Assembly (NCBI GenBank): GCA_041736805.1
Contig: JBGSSW010000016.1
Coordinates: forward strand, 130,526-194,525
Direction of reading: 5' to 3'
Origin: Minisyncoccia bacterium
Lineage (GTDB): Bacteria; Patescibacteriota; Minisyncoccia; Phycocordibacterales; UBA918
DNA length: 64,000 nucleotides
The notes beneath the pieces were generated by a model, which worked only from the letters and a program-made list of their open reading frames with translations, was not told where the DNA came from and did not search any database. Made by a program: the position numbers and the translations under genes. Positions 55,521-64,000 of the stretch are shown here, in pieces (positions within the stretch are counted from its first letter, which is position 1; every line of letters starts with the position of its first letter).

Positions 55521-55681
55521 TGATTTTCTCAGGGAAAGAAAAGATCAGGACATAATTAAAACATACACAAATTATTTTGAGCGTCCGCGGGGATTAAAGG
55601 CTTCACACGTTCAGCCTGCATCGGAGCGTGTGAAAAATAAGTTGTGAGGCAGAAGGTGGCCCATGCTCCACTTAGCTCCCC

Positions 55682-58600
55682 CTATATCCCTCCTCCACCG
55701 CCACTACCTCCTCCCCCAGCTTGGTGATAAACTCTTACTTCTAGAGCATCCAGACGAACTGTGTTTGAAGCTGGTTGTGCCGCCACTCGTAAGATGAAAT
55801 TTCCTGAAGAGAATTCACCCGCACTCCAACTTCTACCCCAAGTATCAGCGACTCCCCCAACGGTATAAACTACATCTGAGCCAGAAAGAGTTGGTGTCGC
55901 CTTGGCTGTTGTGTATGAATTTCCATTATCCCATGAGATAGAGACGTCTATCGTACCGTCAGCAGTAGTGCCAGAAGCATCCAACTTGACTGCGATACCT
56001 TGAATCGTGTTGCTGCCCGGAATTCCAAAACTAAAGCCCGTATAACTCTGCTTTAAGGCAGTGCTAGCGGCAGTAGCGTAAACCCCATCAGAGACCAAGG
56101 CATTTCCACCATTGGTCCACTCATTGTCTGGACTACCGGTTGTGGTTGGTCGGAAGTAGTTGGCATCAGCGCTGATATTCTGGCCGTCTGCACCCTGACC
56201 AGCCCCTCCTCCTCCTCCTCCACCACCGCCGCCTGAGACAATCCCATCCCCCGGTGGCGCATCATCTCCCACTCTAGCACTACTACCGCCACCACCACTG
56301 TTGTGTCTATTGTGCTGAATCGAAGAGACACTGTTAATAATATATGGAGAATAGTTTGAGGTAGCTCCCAAAGCCGTGACTCCAATTGAAGCTAATTTAA
56401 ACACTACTGAGGCCCTATTACTAATAGTGCTAGTGTCTCCCGTCATAATGTAGTTGGCAGAGGTAGAAGCCAAGAAATCACTACTGAAGGTTACGGCACC
56501 ATTTTGACCATTGATAGTGAGGATGCCAGAACCATCGAGCAAGATGTCACCGCCATCTAGAGTTCTGTTACTGTTGGTATCACGGTAGAGTTTGAAATCA
56601 CTAATATTTGAACTATCAACTTGCTGTATTCCAGCTAAGGTAATAACTAAGTCTGTGACAGTGGTATTTTCACCCACCGCTTCTAAGTTGAAAGCGAAGA
56701 ATGTTTCATCATCTTTATTTTGAAGACTAAATTCATTACTAACTTGACCTGAAGCATGGTTGGTGGCCAGCAAGCTGCCAGTAATCCTAATCGTCTTATC
56801 ATCAGTGGCGGCCGGAGTACCTATACTATTACCATCAGTATGTAAGGAGAAGGTACTAGTAGTCGTACTGACCGAAGCAAAACTCCCGACCGCAATCCCA
56901 CCAATGGTGAGAGTATCGGAGGCGGCGAAGTTGGTAGTGACATCTATCACCAGAGTCGCTCCGCCATCGGCGTAAGACACCGTGCTATTGACCTTGCCGG
57001 AGGCACTACCGCCAAAAGTGAGACTAGTGGTGTTGGTGTTGAAACGGAAGTTGGTCGTGGTAGTGGCGATGGTGAGACGGATGTCATTGGCAGCGGTGAT
57101 GGTTGGGGTGGCTGGTTCCGTGATGGTGATGGTGCCGATAGTGGTGGTGGCTTCCCCAGTATAGAAGTGAAGGTTTTCAACTGAAGAGATGGTTGCTACT
57201 TCACCCCCTTCGACGAAAGACCAGTTGGTGTTACCAGTGCCATCAATACAACCAGTCCCGCAAGAGACGGTGGTGACATTGATATTGTTTGAATCCTTCA
57301 CGTCTAAGTATGAAAGAGTACGAGTGCCTTGTGGGTCAAGCTTCCACTGTGTCCCGCTGGCACTAGAGCGCAGGGCGTGGGTGGTAGAGGCGTTCACTCC
57401 CGAGAAGGTGAGGTTACCAGTGATGGTATAGAGCGCTCCCGCTTCAAAGGTAGTGGTGGCGTGATTGGTGGCCACCTTAGCTAGATTATTGAAGGTAGTA
57501 GTACCAGAGAGGGTTTGATTGAGACCCGAGAGAATCACTGTCCCACTATTGGCAGCGAAGTAACTGCGGTTAGTGAAATTACCAGCTACCGAAAGAATTG
57601 TTGGTGCGGTGACAGTGGCTGATGAAGTGGCGATGGTGAGGTTGGTAGTCGAGGCGTTGTTGGCGAAAGTCTTGGCTCCGGTTTCGGAGAACTTGACGTC
57701 ACGCAAGGCGCTCGCTCCCGTGAGGTTACCCGCCAGAGTCTGGTCGCTCGCGCCCGTAAGCCACAAGCTAGTATCGGCGGTGGTCATGACGCGGTTGGTG
57801 CCACTAGATGAGACAGCGACGTAGAGACCATTACCATAGGTGATGGAGCGCCAGAGGTTAGATTCGGAGGCCGAGCGCGCGGTCCAAGTGCTGCCGTCCG
57901 GTGAGGTCATGACCTGGTTGGTGCCGTCATATGAGACAGCCACATAGAGACCATTGCCATAGGTGACAGACCACCAGGAGTTGGCTTGCGCGGCACTGCG
58001 AGCGGTCCAAGTGATACCATCTGGTGAAGTCATGACCCGGTTGGTACCGCCGATTGCTACCGCCACAAAGAGACCATTGCCGTAGGTGACGGAACGCCAG
58101 GTGTTGGCTTCGGCGGCCGAGCGCGCGGTCCAAGTGATGCCGTCAGGAGAAGTCATGGCGCGGTTGGTGCCGTCTCCTGAGACCGCGACGAAGAGACCAT
58201 TACCGTAGGTGACAGAGAACCAGTAGTTGGCTTCAGAGGCAGAGCGAGCGGTCCAATTTCCTCCAGCCATGGTAATCGTGTCATCATTTTGATAATTAGC
58301 TGACAGGTTGAGGCTTTCAGTAGCAATAAATTTTCCTCGCTTGTTAATAAAATTAGCGGTAGAAGTAGAGGTAGTGCCGGTAACGGTATATAAAATATCC
58401 GCATCATCACTACTGTCGTAAAAAGCGAAATTGGAGAAATTAACTTCGCTACTTGTGCTAGCTCCATAGCTTATAAGGTAGTTGTAGTATAGAGGAACAT
58501 TGACCAAGCCTGGAAAACTAGTCACAAAGCCAGAGACGATTGTAGTAGTGTCATTGGCATCACCATCTAACCAAATAGAGACAGGGGTACCACTGGTAGC

Positions 58601-60169
58601 ATTGGGAAAGGCAGCTGGGAAAGTCCACGCTCCACCCGTGGTAGTAGTTGTCGAATGAATACTCGGAGTTGATGTACCGACAACCATTTTAATAGTTAAG
58701 CCAGATGTGGCAGTAGTGCTGCCAGCATCCGTATAAAGAACCCCACTAATAACTGAAGATGGGATAGCTCTCCAGTAAGCAAAATCTAGTGAGCGATATA
58801 TATTTGAACCCAGGCCACCTACTAATACCCCAGCATCCGGCTCTGTCCAAGTAAAAGTTCCGGTGGAATCCATTGCTAAACGCTTTACAAAACCTTGCCG
58901 GATGCTATTGGAAACAATAAAAGTCAGCTTACTTTTATCCGTGGGATTCATGACAATCTTATACTGAGTCTGGGTTCCAAAAGAAGTAGCTGGGAAAGAG
59001 TCAGATTGATTTGTCCAAGTAGTACCACTAGCTGTCATCCAGTTTATATTTGTACTAGCATTGTCATAATAAGTAAGCACAGCTCTAGATAAACCGTTGT
59101 TATGCAACCATCCAGTAGCGACAAACATTCGTCCGGCCGTCGGGGCAGCAGCTGAGGTATCTGCATTGGCAGTATTAGTCCAGGCTGTACCAGACCAAAT
59201 TCCCCTTAGTAAGTCAGCGCCAGCATTACCAACCGAAGCAAAGACAATTTGATCTGAAATTGGGTTGGCGGCAATTGATATGTGGCTGGCATCATCTGTA
59301 AAGGTTGGCATAGCGGTACGGACTGAACCCCAAGTACAAGAAGAGGTCCCACCGGTACAAACTGCGTAGTAGGCACCGTTGGTACCGTTGGTTCCGCCTG
59401 AACCCCAAGCCACCATTACATCTCCTGACAGTGACTCATATGCTACATCAAAAGATTCGGTATCTTGGGCAGTGCTGATTACCTCTAAAGCAGTTTCAAG
59501 AGCAGCGGAATGTTCGTTACCCCAAGCACTACCGTCCCAAACCATCGCTGATAAGTCAGAATTTGCATCAGCCCAGATTGCTGTCATTAAACTAGAAGTG
59601 GCTCTTGGATCAGAAGCTATCTTCACCCACTGCACAATTTGAGAAGTCCGGACAGGATCAAGATTAGTAGCCGAAGACCAATTGCCGGTCCCGCAGCCGC
59701 TTGAGCCAGACTTAGTGCGAAAAGCTAACTCATTTGTACTACTAGCATTATTTGAGTAAAGAACCACTACATCACCAGTGGCTGTTTCATAATTTATATC
59801 TGCCCTACGAGTAGTACCAGTTCCACCCAAGCTAGCAGTCCATTCGTTTGTCCAAGTACTACCATCAAAGCACATGACTTGCAGATTTCCGGTTGAGTTT
59901 ATGGTAGCGGCTATCATCTCTTCCTTAGTCGGTGAAGACTTCATAATTGAAACTACCGAAGAGGAACCAGTGACTGTTGTAGTGGTAGCACTGAAAGAAT
60001 TCAAAGAGTCGGTATAACTTTTTGTGTATGGCATTGTATCTGACTGAACACCATAAAAATACAATCCATCATTGTAAGTAAACTGAGCTGAAACCAAATT
60101 AGGTACCGTTAGAAATACTAAAGTGAGCAGTGAGAAAGATAGCTTAAAAACAAGACGGGTGTTTAGCAT
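55682..60169 (-). CDS. Giant secreted protein (about 1496 aa). Six or more tandem 43-aa Asp-box/BNR-like repeats form a predicted beta-propeller, with Gly-rich runs.
   Basis: Start MLNTRLVFKLSFSLLTLVFLTVPNLVSAQ (signal peptide). Repeats read ...W.SVTYGNGLFVAV...TSPDG(I/S)TWTARSA... (SxDGxTW Asp-box). GGGGGGGGGGAGQGADG and GGGGSGGGGGI runs are present. Confidence 0.75.
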   Translation of the reverse strand: MLNTRLVFKLSFSLLTLVFLTVPNLVSAQFTYNDGLYFYGVQSDTMPYTKSYTDSLNSFSATTTTVTGSSSVVSIMKSSPTKEEMIAATINSTGNLQVMCFDGSTWTNEWTASLGGTGTTRRADINYETATGDVVVLYSNNASSTNELAFRTKSGSSGCGTGNWSSATNLDPVRTSQIVQWVKIASDPRATSSLMTAIWADANSDLSAMVWDGSAWGNEHSAALETALEVISTAQDTESFDVAYESLSGDVMVAWGSGGTNGTNGAYYAVCTGGTSSCTWGSVRTAMPTFTDDASHISIAANPISDQIVFASVGNAGADLLRGIWSGTAWTNTANADTSAAAPTAGRMFVATGWLHNNGLSRAVLTYYDNASTNINWMTASGTTWTNQSDSFPATSFGTQTQYKIVMNPTDKSKLTFIVSNSIRQGFVKRLAMDSTGTFTWTEPDAGVLVGGLGSNIYRSLDFAYWRAIPSSVISGVLYTDAGSTTATSGLTIKMVVGTSTPSIHSTTTTTGGAWTFPAAFPNATSGTPVSIWLDGDANDTTTIVSGFVTSFPGLVNVPLYYNYLISYGASTSSEVNFSNFAFYDSSDDADILYTVTGTTSTSTANFINKRGKFIATESLNLSANYQNDDTITMAGGNWTARSASEANYWFSVTYGNGLFVAVSGDGTNRAMTSPDGITWTARSAAEANTWRSVTYGNGLFVAVAIGGTNRVMTSPDGITWTARSAAQANSWWSVTYGNGLYVAVSYDGTNQVMTSPDGSTWTARSASESNLWRSITYGNGLYVAVSSSGTNRVMTTADTSLWLTGASDQTLAGNLTGASALRDVKFSETGAKTFANNASTTNLTIATSSATVTAPTILSVAGNFTNRSYFAANSGTVILSGLNQTLSGTTTFNNLAKVATNHATTTFEAGALYTITGNLTFSGVNASTTHALRSSASGTQWKLDPQGTRTLSYLDVKDSNNINVTTVSCGTGCIDGTGNTNWSFVEGGEVATISSVENLHFYTGEATTTIGTITITEPATPTITAANDIRLTIATTTTNFRFNTNTTSLTFGGSASGKVNSTVSYADGGATLVIDVTTNFAASDTLTIGGIAVGSFASVSTTTSTFSLHTDGNSIGTPAATDDKTIRITGSLLATNHASGQVSNEFSLQNKDDETFFAFNLEAVGENTTVTDLVITLAGIQQVDSSNISDFKLYRDTNSNRTLDGGDILLDGSGILTINGQNGAVTFSSDFLASTSANYIMTGDTSTISNRASVVFKLASIGVTALGATSNYSPYIINSVSSIQHNRHNSGGGGSSARVGDDAPPGDGIVSGGGGGGGGGGAGQGADGQNISADANYFRPTTTGSPDNEWTNGGNALVSDGVYATAASTALKQSYTGFSFGIPGSNTIQGIAVKLDASGTTADGTIDVSISWDNGNSYTTAKATPTLSGSDVVYTVGGVADTWGRSWSAGEFSSGNFILRVAAQPASNTVRLDALEVRVYHQAGGGGSGGGGGI

Positions 60170-60183
60170 TTGAAGGGTGGCCC

Positions 60184-60223
60184 GGAGCAGCGCAAAAAAA
60201 CCTCCGTTTTTTTGCGCTGCTCC
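60184..60223. terminator. Perfect 17-bp-arm palindromic terminator between the two giant genes.
   Basis: ggagcagcgcaaaaaaa cctccg tttttttgcgctgctcc. Confidence 0.7.
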
Positions 60224-60289
60224 TTCCCTACTATTTTGTTTTATGACTAAGTTTCGGTACATATCTCTTTTTTAAGCTGGTTATTTTAT

Positions 60290-63200
60290 TTAAGTGCTAG
60301 TGGCATTTAGGTTGCTTGGTGGTGCTGAAACTGGAGCCGATGCTGTTACTTCAGGCTCTTCCTCTAACTCTTCCTCTACTATCGTCTCTTCTTCCGGCGT
60401 TACTTCTTCTTCAAGATTGCTTTCCTCAGTACTGGTGGCATTTTCTTCTTCTGCTGGCACCTCTTCTATTGGCGGGTCAGTTGGTTCCTCTTCTGGCTCC
60501 TCTTCTACCGGTGGGGGTGGAGGAGGAGTAGGTGTTGAGTTGCCTCCCGAATTTGAATTATTGAGCATATTTCGCAAATCATTTGCATTTACACAAACCC
60601 CGTCCACACATAGCTCTTTAGTCTCTACCCTCTCGGCCTTGAGCGTAAAGATGTTAAGTACCCCGTCCACGAAATTGTTAGCCAAAGTCACGAGACGACT
60701 CCAGACAGTCTCTGTCTCACTCTCTCCTACCTCTGCGTCAGTAGTAGAAGCAAGTAAAGCTGCAATCATTACTTTTCCTTCCTCACTTAGATACTTTTCC
60801 TTCAGGGTGACAAACATCACAATTTGACCTACTCGCACCTCTTCTCCATTTTCTAAAGTCACTCTTTCACTTCGCACCTCAGCCAAGGCGGCCAAAGCGG
60901 CGGCCTGAGCTTCGGCTTCGGCCAAGGCCTGAGCCTCAGCTACCTGTGCATCAGTAGTAGTAGCGATAAGTGGCACACATGGCGCTTCACCCGAAGCATT
61001 ACCAGCGCCGTAGTAACAACCGTCATTCATGCGCGGATCATTGGTAGCTGTCACTGGTGTCACGATTGGGTCAACCAAATCGTCTCCAAACTGATTGATA
61101 TATGTATCGGAGTAAGCCCGGGTCTCATCAAAGTCTTCTAGGGCAATACCAACTACTTTGCCCGTTGAACTAGCTTTCATCGCTACACCAGCCACTGAAG
61201 ACAACATCAATTCATCGCCCACTTTAATTTCGCCATTTTCATTTGAAAGCCGTACTGGTACACGTCCAGCTAGAGCAACCCCGAAAGCTACTTCATTTTC
61301 ATCCAAAGAAGTATCATCAAATCCTAGCAAGAGGCCGGGCTTAGTTGAGACCACTCCAATCACTTTGTCTTTAGTCTCCTCACTTGCTTTTCCAACTGAA
61401 AGTCCGCCCTTTAGGTAAATCACATCTCCCGGCAATAGATTTTCACTTGAGAAATAAGTTTCCGCTAAGTCAGAATTACCAGTGTGGTACGAGACCGCTG
61501 ATATTCTGCCAGTGGTACTGGCGTTACAGCTACCATCATTGTCGACACACAGTCCACCGTAGCCAATCTGTAGTCCAGCGTTATTGACGGTTGTTCCGTC
61601 ACCAATGGTGAGTTTCCCGTAGGCTCCCACTGAAAACATCGAAGCCCCAGCATTCTGTAAATCAATAAATTTAGAAGCAGTAGTAGATGAGAATGAACCA
61701 CCAGCATTACCAAAGTTCATCAAAAGTCCGGTACCAACATAAGTCGAGCTGTCTTGGAAGAGCTTCAAGAGTGCAGCTGTAGTAATGGTAGAAGAATAAC
61801 CGCGCAGAGCATTTCCTTGAGTCGTACCAGTTGTCTCACCATAAACTCCCGCTGGTTCAAAAGTACCGCCCGCATCTCCTTGCGTAGTACCACGCACACC
61901 AAAGGTTCGCGCAAAGCCAGAGAGAGCGGTGTTTTCTCCTTGAGTATTGGTACCTTTATCAGCTTGTACTTCTAAGCCCCGAACGGTATTACCAAAAGTC
62001 GTACTATCAGCCAAACGACTCATACTGCCCACGATAGTAGTGGTAGCGGTGTTGGTAGCATATATATATGAACGATTTCCGTATTGCACTGCACTAGCTG
62101 AGTTGTTAGTCAGACTAAAGTATTGGTCGATTCCAGCTGCGCCAACAGCACTGTAGTTTAGATTTTGGATTGAGAGTCTAGACTCAGGAGTACTTGAACC
62201 GATACCGACATTCCCGTTTGAACCTATAGTGAACAAGGTAGCTCCAGAACTTGAAGCAACCGTAAAGAGAGCGGTGGTTGATCCACTATAACCGACCACC
62301 GAAAGCATTGATGTCGGAGTGGTACTACCAATACCAACTTTACCTAAAGCATCAATTCTTAATCTTTCATAAGGACTTGATTGTCCTCCAGTAAAGAAAC
62401 GTAGGTCGGCACTTGTACCAGCCGCAGCAAAATTGAGCCCTCCCAAATTAGGAGCTGAGATCATATACCCTCGATTACTAAAGACAGAAGCTGAAGTTCC
62501 ACCTGCACCAAAGTAGGCTCGGTCATTAATACTCGTACCATTATAGGCATTAAACTCGGTCCAGCCATTGGTGGCGGTATTGTATGCTTTTATACCAAGG
62601 GCACCACCAGAAGATGCTCCAGTGACTTCGAGCTTATCATCTGGTGTACTCGTCCCAATCCCCACATTGCCATTAGCCAAGACTGTTAAGAGTGAAGTTC
62701 CGGTTGAAGAAGCAACGTTGAAGATACTGTTAGCTGAACCAGAGGTTCCGACCACTGACAGTTTAGAAATTGGGGTTGATGAGCCAATCCCCACATTCCC
62801 ATTTTGCAAGATGGAGAAGAGTTGAGCTCCAGTACTAGAAGCCACTGCAAATGGGTTCTGCCCAGCTAGACCCTGCAGGAAGACCGAGGCGGCGACACTC
62901 GGTGAGGTCGTGCCGCTGCGCAGACCACCCATGAAACTCGTGCCGCCTTGGAAGATGTTGTTGTGTACGAGTTCAGTTTTAGAGATGAAGCCGGAGGTCA
63001 TGACGTGGTCATTTGTATCACCAACTGCCACAAACAGACCGTTGCCGTAGGTTATGCCCAACCAACCATCATCGTTACCAGCTGCACTACGCGCGGTCCA
63101 GGTAATACCATCTGGTGAGGTCATAATAAGATCACTAGAATTACCAGCCGCTACAAACAGACCATTGCCGTAGGTGATACCGTACCAGGAATCATTATCT

Positions 63201-64000
63201 CCTGCTGCACTACGTGCGGTCCAGGTAATACCATCTGGTGAGGTCATGACAAGGTCGTTTGTATCACCAACCGCTACAAACAAGCCGTTACCATAGGTGA
63301 TTGCCCACCAAGAATCATTATTTCCTGCCGCACTACGTGCGGTCCAGGTAATACCATCTGGTGAGGTCATAATACGGTTGGTCCCGTCATATGCGGAAGC
63401 AACAAACAGACCGTTGCCGTAAGTAACTGATAACCAGATATTATTTTCAGCCGCACTACGCACGGTCCAAGTAATACCATCTGGTGAGGTCATGACGTAA
63501 TCACCACCTTGACCTATCGCGACAAAGGTACCTTTACCATAGGTGACAGCTCGCCAACCATCGTCATTGCCAGCCGCACTACGCACGGTCCAAGTAATAC
63601 CATCTGGTGAGGTCATGACACGGTCACCTCCACTATTTGCCACCGCAACAAACAGACCGTTGCCGTAGGTGACGGAATTCCAAGAATCGTTATCACCGGC
63701 CGCGGTTGTAGTGGCCCAATTAATACCATCTGATGAGGTCATGACACGGTCACCAAAACTACTCACTGCTACAAACAAATTATTACCGTAGGATACTGAA
63801 CGCCAATTATCATTATTTCCGACAGCTGTCCTGACTGTCCAGTTGATACCAGCAGAGATAAGTTGCCCAGGAAGTTCCAGGTTGCCATTGGCGAGCATGG
63901 CGAGAGTGGTGCTGCCGGTTGAGGAAGCAATCTTTAGTACATCGGCTCCGCCGGCAGCACCTTGGATTGTGAGGCGAGAAGAAGGAGAGGTTGAACCAAT
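60290..64000 (-). CDS. Second giant surface protein, partial (more than 1230 aa; the N-terminus lies beyond the window end). It has nine or more Asp-box repeats, GNVGIG-type fibre-like repeats, an Ala/Glu coiled-coil segment, and a Pro/Glu-rich acidic C-terminal tail.
   Basis: The reading frame stays open upstream of the listed Met at 63898 (…GSTSPSSRLTIQGAAGGADVLKIASSTGSTTLA-M…). Repeats SPDGITWTxRSAAGNxDxWxxITYGNGLFVAVG. GNVGIGSSTP...L.V.G repeats. C-terminal PTPPPPPPVEEEPEEEP.... Confidence 0.75.
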   Translation of the reverse strand: MGSTSPSSRLTIQGAAGGADVLKIASSTGSTTLAMLANGNLELPGQLISAGINWTVRTAVGNNDNWRSVSYGNNLFVAVSSFGDRVMTSSDGINWATTTAAGDNDSWNSVTYGNGLFVAVANSGGDRVMTSPDGITWTVRSAAGNDDGWRAVTYGKGTFVAIGQGGDYVMTSPDGITWTVRSAAENNIWLSVTYGNGLFVASAYDGTNRIMTSPDGITWTARSAAGNNDSWWAITYGNGLFVAVGDTNDLVMTSPDGITWTARSAAGDNDSWYGITYGNGLFVAAGNSSDLIMTSPDGITWTARSAAGNDDGWLGITYGNGLFVAVGDTNDHVMTSGFISKTELVHNNIFQGGTSFMGGLRSGTTSPSVAASVFLQGLAGQNPFAVASSTGAQLFSILQNGNVGIGSSTPISKLSVVGTSGSANSIFNVASSTGTSLLTVLANGNVGIGTSTPDDKLEVTGASSGGALGIKAYNTATNGWTEFNAYNGTSINDRAYFGAGGTSASVFSNRGYMISAPNLGGLNFAAAGTSADLRFFTGGQSSPYERLRIDALGKVGIGSTTPTSMLSVVGYSGSTTALFTVASSSGATLFTIGSNGNVGIGSSTPESRLSIQNLNYSAVGAAGIDQYFSLTNNSASAVQYGNRSYIYATNTATTTIVGSMSRLADSTTFGNTVRGLEVQADKGTNTQGENTALSGFARTFGVRGTTQGDAGGTFEPAGVYGETTGTTQGNALRGYSSTITTAALLKLFQDSSTYVGTGLLMNFGNAGGSFSSTTASKFIDLQNAGASMFSVGAYGKLTIGDGTTVNNAGLQIGYGGLCVDNDGSCNASTTGRISAVSYHTGNSDLAETYFSSENLLPGDVIYLKGGLSVGKASEETKDKVIGVVSTKPGLLLGFDDTSLDENEVAFGVALAGRVPVRLSNENGEIKVGDELMLSSVAGVAMKASSTGKVVGIALEDFDETRAYSDTYINQFGDDLVDPIVTPVTATNDPRMNDGCYYGAGNASGEAPCVPLIATTTDAQVAEAQALAEAEAQAAALAALAEVRSERVTLENGEEVRVGQIVMFVTLKEKYLSEEGKVMIAALLASTTDAEVGESETETVWSRLVTLANNFVDGVLNIFTLKAERVETKELCVDGVCVNANDLRNMLNNSNSGGNSTPTPPPPPPVEEEPEEEPTDPPIEEVPAEEENATSTEESNLEEEVTPEEETIVEEELEEEPEVTASAPVSAPPSNLNATST

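Noticed and set aside
57800-63900. Possible CRISPR array or mobile element from the 129-bp tandem DNA repeats
   Set aside because: The repeats are in-frame coding repeats (43-aa Asp-box blades) within long uninterrupted ORFs, not non-coding arrays.
1-64000. Alternative genetic code (UGA recoding, as in Gracilibacteria/Absconditabacteria)
   Set aside because: Long conserved genes read through fine with the standard code. Release factor 1 is present and the gene ends I checked use TAA/TAG (for example rpoC TAA, smc TAA). No in-frame TGA is needed to restore conserved proteins.

Overview
This 64-kb window looks like a chromosomal segment from a low-GC, genome-reduced bacterium (I estimate about 40-45% GC by eye; I did not compute it). 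Compact core proteins, type IV pilins, a sortase and giant repeat surface proteins suggest a Candidate Phyla Radiation / Patescibacteria lineage, possibly Saccharibacteria-like. About 90% of genes lie on the minus strand. The standard genetic code fits: RF1 is present, genes end in TAA/TAG/TGA, and no recoding is needed. Recognisable core genes are: dnaG (partial), rpoC, rpoB, trmD, rpsP, a KH-domain protein gene, rnr, smc (short), rnc, nusB fused to a NUDIX domain, rpmF, rnhB, dnaE, thrS with a T-box leader, gyrB, pheT, pheS, tRNA-Thr(UGU), tsf, rpsB, prfA, rpmE, rplY, a PfkB kinase gene, split tktA/tktB, rpe, rpiB and gap. Accessory content includes: a MazEF-like toxin-antitoxin module with a palindromic operator directly upstream of rpoBC; a NADAR/YbiA gene where rimM normally sits; two tandem type IV pilin genes; a sortase next to a 975-aa Ig-repeat single-pass protein; a GT2 processive glycosyltransferase with a membrane-anchored partner; a coiled-coil/lytic-transglycosylase protein; a four-gene operon of secreted or anchored proteins whose architecture resembles a csc/WxL-type surface cluster; a repeat-rich 570-bp intergenic region with RBS-ATG-TAA start-stop elements; and two tandem giant (about 1500 aa and more than 1200 aa) Asp-box beta-propeller proteins built from near-identical 129-bp DNA repeats. 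The second giant protein runs off the end of the window. Several structured non-coding candidates are noted: the T-box leader, a 150-nt segment between two terminators after rnr, a free-standing hairpin with tandem palindromic repeats near rpoC, and a tRNA-like fragment with a duplicated leader. All calls come from reading the ORF translations and the DNA by eye; no database searches were run.
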